Source of the DNA: an uncultured Clostridia bacterium
GTDB lineage: Bacteria; Bacillota; Clostridia; TANB77; CAG-508
NCBI GenBank assembly: GCA_949746285.1
Contig: CATJZH010000106.1
Location: 1-34,718 of the forward strand
DNA length: 34,718 bases
Direction of reading: 5' to 3'
The position numbers and the translations under genes were made by a program. Positions 18,560 through 27,275 of the stretch are shown in pieces (the stretch's first letter is position 1; each line of letters opens with the position of its first letter). Under the pieces are notes generated by a model. That model made no database searches and was not told the origin of the DNA. It saw nothing but the letters and a program-made list of their open reading frames with translations.

Positions 18560-18683
18560 ATTCATTCCTCCTAAAGTTTATTAGTATTAAGTTGTTGAAA
18601 TATATAATATATATAAAAGAGCATAGCTCTGTACTATATATTATACTTCTTTTTATGTTAACTGTCAATTTTATATGTCGTAC

Positions 18684-18712
18684 TTTACATAATCTTCAAA
18701 AAGTGCTATAAT
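18684..18712 (+). promoter_or_regulatory. Near-consensus sigma-A promoter for the 81-aa ORF
   Basis: TTTACA (18684..18689), a 17-nt spacer, then TGcTATAAT (18704..18712). AAGGAGG RBS before the ATG at 18762. Confidence 0.5.
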
Positions 18713-18761
18713 AATTATGTTCGCTAATATAGGAATATAGAAAAAATAAGGAGGAATCTAT

Positions 18762-19007
18762 ATGATACGACCAGACCCTAAAAAGACTATGACACGGCAG
18801 AAAGCGGAAAGAATTCGTGAGGCACTTTGGATATGGAGAAAATTTGACTTTCTTACATCAGAGTTACTTGAACTCATACCCATAAAGCCTTATGAGCGAG
18901 AGTTATACGCTCTTATTTCAGATGGTATAATAATCCTCATTGAGGTTATGGAAGATGAAACAATTGCCTGCTCTCAGCTTGAACCTCCTGAGCTCAAAAG
19001 CAATTGA
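18762..19007 (+). CDS. Small hypothetical protein (81 aa), higher-GC, divergent from the HExxH lipoprotein gene
   Basis: Strong RBS, own promoter and own terminator. I recognise no motif. Confidence 0.6.
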   Translation: MIRPDPKKTMTRQKAERIREALWIWRKFDFLTSELLELIPIKPYERELYALISDGIIILIEVMEDETIACSQLEPPELKSN

Positions 19008-19017
19008 AAATGAAATA

Positions 19018-19054
19018 GGCAGATGCTGGATAATTCCAGCACTGCTCTTTTTTT
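19018..19054 (+). terminator. Rho-independent terminator after the 81-aa ORF
   Basis: GCAGATGCTGGA, loop TAAT, then TCCAGCACTGC (7 + 4 bp with one bulge), followed by TCTTTTTTTA. Confidence 0.75.
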
Positions 19055-19094
19055 ATTTGTATTTCTACAAATAATTTGCTATACTACATATATT

Positions 19095-20030
19095 ATGGAA
19101 AATAAAGATAGGTATAATCGTTTAAATAAATATTTGAAGAATAAATTTGGAGAAAGGACCTTAAAAATATGTATTGATGGAGGATTCACTTGCCCAAATC
19201 GTGATGGAAAAGTATCTACTGGTGGATGCATTTTTTGTAGTGAAAGTGGTTCTGGTGAGCATATAAAATCTAATTCTAAAAATTTACCTATAACCGAAAA
19301 TATAAATCTACAAATAAAAAACTATTTCAATAGTTATAAATCTACTAGAGCTAATAAATTTATAGCTTACTTTCAAAATTTCACAAATACTTATGATTCT
19401 ATCGAAAATTTAAAGAAAAAATATGATAGCGCTTTAATAAATAACAGAATTGTAGCATTAGCCATTGCTACCCGCCCAGACTGTATAAATGAAAATATAT
19501 GCAAATTATTAAAAACTTATAAAGACAAAGTTTATGTTTGGGTTGAACTTGGATTACAAACATCTAATGATGTTACTGCTAACATTATTAATAGAGGATA
19601 TGAAAGTATTAGGTTTACAGAAGCTGTATCTATTTTAAACAAATATAATATTGATATTGTAACTCATATAATGATTGGACTTCCAAAGGAAAATTTTGAT
19701 GATATAAAAAATACAGTTTCTTTTATAAACAAACATAATATTCAAGGTTTAAAAATTCATTCAACTTATGTTATAAAAAATACTAAATTAGCTGATATGT
19801 ATAAAAAAGGGAATTATACTCCTATTACTCTTGAATATTATTTAGAAACTGCAAGTTATATTTTAACACATATAAATCCTAACATAGTTATTCACAAAAT
19901 CTCAGGAGACGCTCCAAAAGATTTACTTCTAGCACCTGAATGGAATAAACACAAAAAGTGGATTATGAATGGACTTGATAAATACTTAAAAGAAAATAAT
20001 TTATATCAAGGTAAATATTATGAGATGTAG
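19095..20030 (+). CDS. TIGR01212-family radical SAM protein (YhcC-like)
   Basis: GGFTCPNRDGKVSTGGCIFCS cysteine motif characteristic of TIGR01212. I chose the start at 19095 (MENKDRYN) because the track start at 19023 lies inside the preceding terminator. Confidence 0.82.
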   Translation: MENKDRYNRLNKYLKNKFGERTLKICIDGGFTCPNRDGKVSTGGCIFCSESGSGEHIKSNSKNLPITENINLQIKNYFNSYKSTRANKFIAYFQNFTNTYDSIENLKKKYDSALINNRIVALAIATRPDCINENICKLLKTYKDKVYVWVELGLQTSNDVTANIINRGYESIRFTEAVSILNKYNIDIVTHIMIGLPKENFDDIKNTVSFINKHNIQGLKIHSTYVIKNTKLADMYKKGNYTPITLEYYLETASYILTHINPNIVIHKISGDAPKDLLLAPEWNKHKKWIMNGLDKYLKENNLYQGKYYEM

Positions 20031-20050
20031 TACATATTGCCCTACATCTC
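20022..20050. terminator. Bidirectional terminator hairpin between convergent genes
   Basis: GAGATGTAG (20022..20030) and CTACATCTC (20042..20050), a 9-bp stem with an 11-nt loop and AT/T-rich flanks. Confidence 0.6.
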
Positions 20051-20076
20051 ATTATTTTACTTGCTATTATATATTT

Positions 20077-20970
20077 TTATTTCATCTTCTTTAGTTTAGC
20101 TACGAAAAATCCCTCATATAATTCAGTTGGTGCTAAAAGCAAAGTGCCTTCTATTTTTGCCTGTAAAATTGGGAGTTCTTCTATTCCTTGTAATTTAATT
20201 GGTACTATTTTAACATTATGTTCTTTTAAAATTTTTTCAATATTATTTTCGTTTTCTTCATATAGAATTGAACATGTAGAATACACCATTTCTGAACCTG
20301 GTTTTAAAATTTTAACTGCTTTTTTTAGTAAATTAAATTGAGTTTTAGAAATTTTATCAATAAAATTTTTAGTTATGTTTACTTCTTTTTCAGTATTTAT
20401 AGTTCCACTCCCTGAACATGGACTATCTAATAAAATCTGATCAAAAGAAAAAAAATCATCTATTGTTCTCGCATCTTTTTGCATAATATAAACACAGGAA
20501 GCTCCTTGTTTTTCTATATTATATTTTAGTCGTTCTGCTCTAATATTATTAATTTCACAAGCTGTTATATGTGCCTTATTATTAGAAATAGCAGCAAGTT
20601 GTGTAGTTTTCCCTCCAGGTGCTGCTGCCATATCCAAAATATCTGCTCCCTCTTTTGGATTCAATATTATTGGTGGTAACATTGATGATAAACTTTGAAG
20701 ATATATATTCCCATTTTTATAAATATCTAACTTCTCAATTTCAGTTTCTTTTATTTCTTTTAATATAAAAGCTTCTTCACACCATTTTACTTTTTCATAT
20801 TCTATTTTCTCTCTTTTTAATATTTTTTCTACTTCATCTACTGATGTTTTTAATGTATTTACTCTAAAGGTTACTTTTCTTTTTGATGCAAATCCTTCAA
20901 TTATTTGTTTACTTATGTTTTCTCCATATTGTTTTTTTAGCATATCTAATAGAAAATCTGCTACTATCAT
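20077..20970 (-). CDS. RsmB/RsmF (NOL1/NOP2/Sun) family rRNA m5C methyltransferase
   Basis: SAM-binding DMAAAPGGKTTQLA, with catalytic DSPCSGSGT and YSTCS motifs. 297 aa. Confidence 0.85.
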   Translation of the reverse strand: MIVADFLLDMLKKQYGENISKQIIEGFASKRKVTFRVNTLKTSVDEVEKILKREKIEYEKVKWCEEAFILKEIKETEIEKLDIYKNGNIYLQSLSSMLPPIILNPKEGADILDMAAAPGGKTTQLAAISNNKAHITACEINNIRAERLKYNIEKQGASCVYIMQKDARTIDDFFSFDQILLDSPCSGSGTINTEKEVNITKNFIDKISKTQFNLLKKAVKILKPGSEMVYSTCSILYEENENNIEKILKEHNVKIVPIKLQGIEELPILQAKIEGTLLLAPTELYEGFFVAKLKKMK

Positions 20971-20981
20971 TGTTTCTCCTT

Positions 20982-22169
20982 TTACTTATATATTTCCTTT
21001 GCTAACTTTTTAAAAGCTTCTTCTGATTTTTGTATCATTTCATATGGCACACAATAAGCAATTCTAACATATCCAGGGCATCCAAAAGAACTTGCTGGAA
21101 CAAATAATAAATTATGCTTTTTAGCAATTTCACAAAATTCTTTTTCATTATCAATTGGAGATTTTACAAACAAATAAAATGCACCCTGTGGCTTTATACA
21201 TTCAAACTTATTTTTTGTAATTATTTCATACAATAAATTTCTATTTTTATTATAAGTTTCTATATCTACTTTTGCATCTAAACAATATGGTATTAATCTT
21301 TGCATTAAAGATGGTGCATTAACACATCCTATAATTCTATTTGCTATTGTTACAGCTTCTATCATCTCTTCTGAATTTGATAGCTCATTTGGAATAACAA
21401 CATATCCTATTCTTTCCCCTGGTAATGACAAAGATTTACTATATGAATACACCACTATAGTATTATTATAATATTTAGTAACATATGGTACTTTTATCCC
21501 ATCATAAACAATTTCTCTATATGGTTCGTCTGATATTAAATATATTTGACTATTATATTCCTTTTCCTTTTTCTTAAGTATATTAGTTAAATTTGTAATT
21601 GTGTCTTCTGAATATACTACTCCTGTTGGATTATTTGGCGTATTTATTATCACAGCTTTTGTATTTTTATTTATTTTTTGTTCAAACTCTTCTAAATCTG
21701 GCTCAAAATTTTTTAAATTAGGAGATACAACTTGTACTTTTCCATCATAATTTTGTATGTAATTATTATATTCAGAAAAATATGGTGCAAATACTATCAC
21801 TTCGTCCCTAGGATTTATAATAGATTTTAGTACAATATTTAGTCCACTCGCTGCCCCTACTGTCATAATTATATTTTTATAATTAAACAGTGTTTGGTAT
21901 TTTTTATTTATAGAATTTGCTATAGATTCTCTTACATCTTCATATCCACTATTACTCATATATCCATGCAAAAACATACTATCTTCTTTTTCTATTATTT
22001 CTAATATTGCTTTATTTACTTCTTTTGGAGCTGGAACACTTGGATTGCCTAAACTAAAATCAAATACATTTTCTTTCCCATATAATTTTTCTAGTTTTTT
22101 GCCTTCTTCAAACATTTCTCTAATTACAGAATTATTTTTTACTAACTTTTTCATTTTTTCTGATATCAT
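20982..22169 (-). CDS. PLP-dependent class I/II aminotransferase (aspartate/aromatic type)
   Basis: NPxNPTG (NTPNNPTG) and the PLP-lysine region YSYSKSLSLPGERIGY. 395 aa. Confidence 0.85.
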   Translation of the reverse strand: MISEKMKKLVKNNSVIREMFEEGKKLEKLYGKENVFDFSLGNPSVPAPKEVNKAILEIIEKEDSMFLHGYMSNSGYEDVRESIANSINKKYQTLFNYKNIIMTVGAASGLNIVLKSIINPRDEVIVFAPYFSEYNNYIQNYDGKVQVVSPNLKNFEPDLEEFEQKINKNTKAVIINTPNNPTGVVYSEDTITNLTNILKKKEKEYNSQIYLISDEPYREIVYDGIKVPYVTKYYNNTIVVYSYSKSLSLPGERIGYVVIPNELSNSEEMIEAVTIANRIIGCVNAPSLMQRLIPYCLDAKVDIETYNKNRNLLYEIITKNKFECIKPQGAFYLFVKSPIDNEKEFCEIAKKHNLLFVPASSFGCPGYVRIAYCVPYEMIQKSEEAFKKLAKEIYK

Positions 22170-22194
22170 TAATACAACCTCATTTCTTCTGAAA

Positions 22195-22998
22195 CTAATA
22201 TATTCCTAAAATTCTTATATATATATCTTTTTCTTTTATTTCATAAACAGCTTTCATTTCACTACCATTTTCATTAGTTGTAACATCTATCCAAAAGAAA
22301 TATTCTCCAAGTACTGTTTTTGCTGGTCTAGATTCTATTTTTGTAAGATTTAAATTGTATTTTTTAAAAATCTCCAATGCATTATATAATGCACCTGGCT
22401 TATCTTTTACAGAAAAAATTATAGACATTTTATTTTTTTCTATCTTATCATTTTCTTTTTTACTAAGTACCCAAAATTTGGTTTTATTGAATATATTATC
22501 CTGTATCTCTTTTTTTATTAATTTCAATTTATAAACTTCTAAACAAGCAATATTTCCTATACATGCATATTTTTCATTACTCACACTTACTTTTTGTGCA
22601 GCATAAGAAGTGCTTTCTACTGGTACAATTTTTGCATTAGGTAAATTCTTTTCTAAATATTCTTTGCACTGTGCTAGTGCCTGTGGATGTGAATAAACTT
22701 TTTCTATTTCTTCTACATTATAATTTCCATTTGACATTAAGTTCTGATTTATATCTAATAAAATTTCATCTTTTACTTTTATATCTTCATTTTGTATTAA
22801 TGTATCTATTGCATCTGTTACGCAACCTTGCAAAGAATTTTCTATCGGAACTATCACTTCATCAACCTCATCATCTTCTAGTGCTAAAATTGTTTCAGTT
22901 ATTGTTCTATACTCAATTTTTTCCTGATCTTTTTTACAATAATTATCACAAGCTTCATACGAAAATGTTCCTTTTGGTCCTAAATATCCTACTTTCAT
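22195..22998 (-). CDS. pheA: Prephenate dehydratase
   Basis: YLGPKGTFSYEA N-terminus, a PDT domain and a C-terminal ACT domain with IESRPAK. 267 aa. Confidence 0.88.
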   Translation of the reverse strand: MKVGYLGPKGTFSYEACDNYCKKDQEKIEYRTITETILALEDDEVDEVIVPIENSLQGCVTDAIDTLIQNEDIKVKDEILLDINQNLMSNGNYNVEEIEKVYSHPQALAQCKEYLEKNLPNAKIVPVESTSYAAQKVSVSNEKYACIGNIACLEVYKLKLIKKEIQDNIFNKTKFWVLSKKENDKIEKNKMSIIFSVKDKPGALYNALEIFKKYNLNLTKIESRPAKTVLGEYFFWIDVTTNENGSEMKAVYEIKEKDIYIRILGIY

Positions 22999-23008
22999 TT
23001 TTACCTCT

Positions 23009-24400
23009 TTAATTATCTTCTAAATTTTCTATTGCTGGTGTTTCTATTACTTCTCCTTCTTTTGTAAATCTTGAGCCATGACATAAACAATCCCAAGTTT
23101 GTTCAATTTCATTCCAAGATAACTTACATCCTAAATGAGTGCATGTTGGTGTTGAAACTGTTTTTAATCTTTTAACAACAATTCCTTCAGCACTTTCTTT
23201 AAGCATATTCATTGCCTCATCTTTGTTTTTAATAATTTCTAATCTTGAACTTCTAAAAATATCTTCATATTTATTTTCAATATTTAAAATTTTATCTTTA
23301 ATTATATTAGCTGCTACATTTGAACTAGTTATCCCCCATTTGTTAAAACCTGTTGCAACATAAACATTATCCATTACTTTAGAAAAATCACCTATATACG
23401 GTATTTTGTCTAGACTAATACAATCTTCTGCACACCATCTTTTTATTTCTTCTGCATTTGGAAAAATTTTTCTAACTCTTGATTTTAAATATTCGTATGG
23501 GTTGCCTATTATCTCACTTCCAGTTTTATGGTCGTACCCAACAGCCAATAATAGATTTTTTCCATTATATTCTACACTCCTAAAAGAATTTTGTGGATTT
23601 TCTGAATTTATAAACATACCATTAGTATTAAAATTTGGACCAACATCAAAAATCATTGCATAGGATGTAGATTGATACATTTTTATAAAATAATATCCTG
23701 GAAATGTTATTATTGGATACCTTGTAGCTACTATAACAAATTTGGTATTAACTTCTCCATTTTCTGTTTGTACTATATATTCTTCATCCTTTTTTACAAC
23801 ATCTACAACTTTCGAATTTTCAAAAATTTTACCATCATTTTTTTCTATAGCTTCTGACAATCCATAAGCATATTTTAATGGATGAAATTGAGCTTGGTTT
23901 TTAAACTCAATAGCTCCTAAAACATCAAATGGTAAATCAATAGAATTAACAAACTCTGCTTCTATTCCTATATCTTTTGAAACTTTAACCTCATCTTTTA
24001 TTTTCTGCAAATCTTTTTCAGATTGTGTATATACATAAGCACTTTTCTCTTCAAAATCACATTTAATATTTTCATCTGCAATTATCTTTTTCATATTTTC
24101 TATTGCTCTTTGATTTGCCTCAAAATATTTTTTAGCAAAATCTTTACCTTGAGACTCTTTTAAATATTTATATATAATACCATGCTGACTTGTAACCTTT
24201 CCTGTTGTTCCTACACTTGTATGAGAACATATTCTGTCTTTTTCTAAAACAACAACTTTTTTCCCTTCTTTGCTTAAATAATATGCCGTTAAAAGTCCTG
24301 TTAATCCTGCTCCTATTATACAAATTTCTGTTTCAATACTATCTTCCAAACTATCAAATTCTTTATGATTTTTTCTTTCTAAATTCCAAAAACTTTCCAT
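23009..24400 (-). CDS. FAD-dependent oxidoreductase fused to a C-terminal Rieske [2Fe-2S] domain (YhfW-like architecture)
   Basis: IIGAGLTGLLTAYYL dinucleotide fold. Rieske ligand motifs CTHLGC and CLCHGS near the C-terminus. 463 aa. Confidence 0.82.
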   Translation of the reverse strand: MESFWNLERKNHKEFDSLEDSIETEICIIGAGLTGLLTAYYLSKEGKKVVVLEKDRICSHTSVGTTGKVTSQHGIIYKYLKESQGKDFAKKYFEANQRAIENMKKIIADENIKCDFEEKSAYVYTQSEKDLQKIKDEVKVSKDIGIEAEFVNSIDLPFDVLGAIEFKNQAQFHPLKYAYGLSEAIEKNDGKIFENSKVVDVVKKDEEYIVQTENGEVNTKFVIVATRYPIITFPGYYFIKMYQSTSYAMIFDVGPNFNTNGMFINSENPQNSFRSVEYNGKNLLLAVGYDHKTGSEIIGNPYEYLKSRVRKIFPNAEEIKRWCAEDCISLDKIPYIGDFSKVMDNVYVATGFNKWGITSSNVAANIIKDKILNIENKYEDIFRSSRLEIIKNKDEAMNMLKESAEGIVVKRLKTVSTPTCTHLGCKLSWNEIEQTWDCLCHGSRFTKEGEVIETPAIENLEDN

Positions 24401-24476
24401 ATATCCACCTTCATAATAATTTATAATATATTTTAGGCATATTTTTATAAATTATACTTTTCGTGGAATATATTAA

Positions 24477-24917
24477 TTATTTTATTAAGTTTAAAATTTC
24501 ATCTTTTGAAATAAGACCAACAGACATGTTCTCTACTTCTCCATTTTTTATAACTATTAATGTTGGTATAGACATTACGCTATATTTTATTGCTAAATCT
24601 TGCTCATTATCTATATTTACCTTTACAACTTTTATATCATCATTTTCTGATGCAACTTCTTGAACTATTGGTGATAACATTTTGCAAGGTCCGCACCAGT
24701 CTGCATAAAAATCTATTAATACTGTTTTTTCACTCTCTAAAACTTCTTTTTGAAAGTTTTCACTCATCACTTCTAAAATATCCATACTACTTATTTCCTC
24801 CCTATTTTCTTTTACTATATTATCAGTTTTATTATTATCATTTAACAATACATTTATTATTACTAAAATTGCAATAAATGAACCTACAAGTAAAATAATT
24901 TTTATTTTTTCTTTCAT
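24477..24917 (-). CDS. Membrane-anchored thioredoxin-family protein
   Basis: N-terminal TM helix followed by a thioredoxin fold with WCGPC. 146 aa. Confidence 0.88.
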   Translation of the reverse strand: MKEKIKIILLVGSFIAILVIINVLLNDNNKTDNIVKENREEISSMDILEVMSENFQKEVLESEKTVLIDFYADWCGPCKMLSPIVQEVASENDDIKVVKVNIDNEQDLAIKYSVMSIPTLIVIKNGEVENMSVGLISKDEILNLIK

Positions 24918-24925
24918 TTTTTACC

Positions 24926-25558
24926 TCATAAAATTATATAAATTCCCATTAAAATTAATATTACTCCTGAAATTATTCTTATAATATTATAATTCTTTTT
25001 TATAAAATCAAACATTACTTTTAACTTTTCTATTAAAATAGCAGATATTATAAATGGTATTCCTATTCCTAATGAATAAATTAACATTAAAACAATTCCT
25101 TTTACTGTATTCTGGCTTGTTGCAACAAGTACAAGAGCAGAACTTAAAAAACTTCCTATACAGGGTGTCCAACTAATAGAAAATAAAATTCCAAATAAAA
25201 CAGATTTAAAAAAGTTGAAATTGTTTTTATTTATTTTTATTCCTTTTGTTTTATTTAAAAAATTAATTTTTAAAACACCACTATAATTAAGACCTAATAA
25301 TATTATTAAAATACCAAATACTATTTTAATATATTTAATTTTAGGAGTTATTAAATTACCAAGCTTACTAGCAAATATAGATAAGATTAGAAAAACAATA
25401 GTAAAACCTAGCACAAACCCTATAGAATTAATTATTGCTTTACTTGTTTTTTTATTATCTTCTCCAATAAAATATGATATATATATTGGTACCATTGGTA
25501 GTAAACACGGAGAAATAAAACTTGCTATACCTTCTAAAAAAGTAAAAATATATTCCAT
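24926..25558 (-). CDS. ccdA: CcdA/DsbD-type thiol:disulfide transmembrane electron transporter
   Basis: Polytopic membrane protein with SPCLLPMVP and WTPCIG motifs. It lies 8 nt upstream of the thioredoxin gene. Confidence 0.85.
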   Translation of the reverse strand: MEYIFTFLEGIASFISPCLLPMVPIYISYFIGEDNKKTSKAIINSIGFVLGFTIVFLILSIFASKLGNLITPKIKYIKIVFGILIILLGLNYSGVLKINFLNKTKGIKINKNNFNFFKSVLFGILFSISWTPCIGSFLSSALVLVATSQNTVKGIVLMLIYSLGIGIPFIISAILIEKLKVMFDFIKKNYNIIRIISGVILILMGIYIIL

Positions 25559-25642
25559 TTTATATTCCTTTTTCTTATTTTTATATATTTTACATTATTT
25601 TCTTTTAAAAATACATACTAAATTTAAATTTTTATAATAATT

Positions 25643-25651
25643 TGTTATAAT
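25643..25651 (+). promoter_or_regulatory. Extended -10 element (TGtTATAAT) upstream of the 114-aa ORF
   Basis: TGTTATAAT lies 22 nt before the ATG, with an AAGGAG RBS in between. The -35 is weak (TTTAAA). Confidence 0.35.
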
Positions 25652-25673
25652 ATTTACATAAGGAGATTTTAAA

Positions 25674-26018
25674 ATGACAAATTCTAAACAATTTCTTAAT
25701 AAAATAGTAACTGTAAAAATCGATAGACCTATTGGAAGCAAACATTCTGAAAAATATCCAAATACAATTTATCCTATTAATTATGGATATGTTCCAAATA
25801 CTATTAGTGCTGATAATGAGGAATTAGATTGTTATGTTTTAGGTATAGATGAACCTTTAGATTCATTTACTGGTAAATGCATAGCAATTATTCATAGAAT
25901 TAAGGATAATGATGATAAACTAATAGTTGTACCAAAAAATCAAAACTTTTCCAATAAACAAATCCGCAGCCTAACAAATTTTATAGAAAGATTTTTTGAA
26001 AGTATAATTATAAGATAA
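25674..26018 (+). CDS. Small inorganic-pyrophosphatase-like (family I-like) domain protein
   Basis: INYGYVPNT and DNEELDCYVLG resemble the family I PPase D-x-D-x-x-D region, with E at the second acidic position. At 114 aa it is much shorter than canonical PPases. Confidence 0.5.
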   Translation: MTNSKQFLNKIVTVKIDRPIGSKHSEKYPNTIYPINYGYVPNTISADNEELDCYVLGIDEPLDSFTGKCIAIIHRIKDNDDKLIVVPKNQNFSNKQIRSLTNFIERFFESIIIR

Positions 26019-26102
26019 GTTACAAATCTCCAAAATTGCTTTTTTTACTAGTATATGATATAATTAAAATACAACAAATTTTTGAAAAGGAAGGTAAATG
26101 GT

Positions 26103-26510
26103 ATGACCCTACCACAAATAACAACAAAAGTTATGAAGCGGGATGAAATTTATCCTGCAAACTCTCTATTAGGTTGTCCAGGATTTACTTACAGACAAGC
26201 TGTAGGTTTTAAAGCACAACAGGAAAGAGCTTTAAAAGGTGAGAGAAGTACTGTTGAAATTCACCTAGAAATAAAACCTATCCCTAACAGGGACAAAGAA
26301 TACTATGTGCATAATACAAGCACATATGTAAAGGAAATATCTTCTTTAGAAGGTATTTCTAAACTACAAGTCCCGCCTTGGGCAAAAAGAACTGCAGATG
26401 GAAATATAGAGTTTTTAAGCATTGCTCCTTTTTACATTGGAGAAACACAGCTCATTAAATCAGCTTATAAAAATCCCGATGAGTCTGCAAAACCTGATGA
26501 AGATGAATAA
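26103..26510 (+). CDS. Hypothetical protein (135 aa) with an acidic C-terminus, higher GC
   Basis: The ATG at 26103 is preceded by GGAAGG, and the track start at 26082 is a TTG without an RBS. I recognise no motif. Confidence 0.55.
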   Translation: MTLPQITTKVMKRDEIYPANSLLGCPGFTYRQAVGFKAQQERALKGERSTVEIHLEIKPIPNRDKEYYVHNTSTYVKEISSLEGISKLQVPPWAKRTADGNIEFLSIAPFYIGETQLIKSAYKNPDESAKPDEDE

Positions 26511-26519
26511 GACCTTCAA

Positions 26520-26554
26520 AAAAAGAACTCTCATTACTTCTGGGAGTTCTTTTT
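26520..26554. terminator. Bidirectional terminator hairpin between convergent ORFs
   Basis: AAAAAGAACTC (26520..26530) and GAGTTCTTTTT (26544..26554). It overlaps the last codons of the HNH ORF. Confidence 0.55.
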
Positions 26555-27196
26555 TACAATAACATTTTCAAGGACAACTGCACATACATAGTGTTTGTTG
26601 ATCTTTTTAGCATGAGTTATTATATGATTTCCTTCAAAAACCCAACCATTGGCTGATACTATAATAGGTTTTGAATACTGATGCCATTTTTCAAAATAAA
26701 TTTCGAGTTTTTTATATTTTCTCTTATTGATTCTTTTAAATGGTACATCCCGAAAATATCTTGAAACATCATAGATTTCTATCCATTCGGATGGAATTAA
26801 AAATTTCTTTTTCTTAAGAACTTCTGTGTTTTCCATAACACAATTCTGGAAAAATAAATCTTTTTCTTTGATACTTCCAATTGAGCTCCAAACCATAAAC
26901 TGTTCTTCTGTCATACACAGTTTATTTAGATTGCATTTCTTGCAACAAGGCTCAAGATTTTCTGGGATACTAATTCCTCCTAAAAACCTAGGATACTTAT
27001 GGTCCAAAGTCATTTTCTTAGAAGTCAATGGATTTCCACAATAATAACATGTGGTTTTTCCCTTCAAAAAATATACTATATCATATATCAGCCGTTCATA
27101 ATTAACATTTCCTTCTATATACAGTTTTCCTTTACTTACATACGCCTTACCAGCTTTGTTACTGTAAAAATAGTGTTCGGGTAGCATTATTTTCAT
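26534..27196 (-). CDS. HNH endonuclease-domain protein with a possible degenerate ParB/Srx-like C-terminal region
   Basis: CYYCGNPL...LDHKYPRFLGG...ENLEPCCKKCNLNK is a classic HNH/CCCH pattern. The C-terminal PIIVSANGWVFEGNHIITHA resembles the ParB-N I.V...dG.HR..A motif but lacks the Arg. The ATG at 27196 is 7 nt after AGGGA. Upstream on the minus strand: TTGACA (27269..27264), 15 nt, TATAAT (27248..27243). Confidence 0.72.
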   Translation of the reverse strand: MKIMLPEHYFYSNKAGKAYVSKGKLYIEGNVNYERLIYDIVYFLKGKTTCYYCGNPLTSKKMTLDHKYPRFLGGISIPENLEPCCKKCNLNKLCMTEEQFMVWSSIGSIKEKDLFFQNCVMENTEVLKKKKFLIPSEWIEIYDVSRYFRDVPFKRINKRKYKKLEIYFEKWHQYSKPIIVSANGWVFEGNHIITHAKKINKHYVCAVVLENVIVKKNSQK

Positions 27197-27275
27197 AATA
27201 TCATCCCTTTCATTAAGAAACAACTATTAGTTTCATATTTATATTATACTCATTTTTGTAGAATGTCAATTTTTT

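Noticed and set aside
19023-19094. The longer start for the radical SAM ORF (MLDNSSTALFLFVFLQ...).
   Set aside because: These codons overlap the stem and T-tract of the terminator at 19018..19054 and have no RBS. The ATG at 19095 gives the conserved N-terminus.
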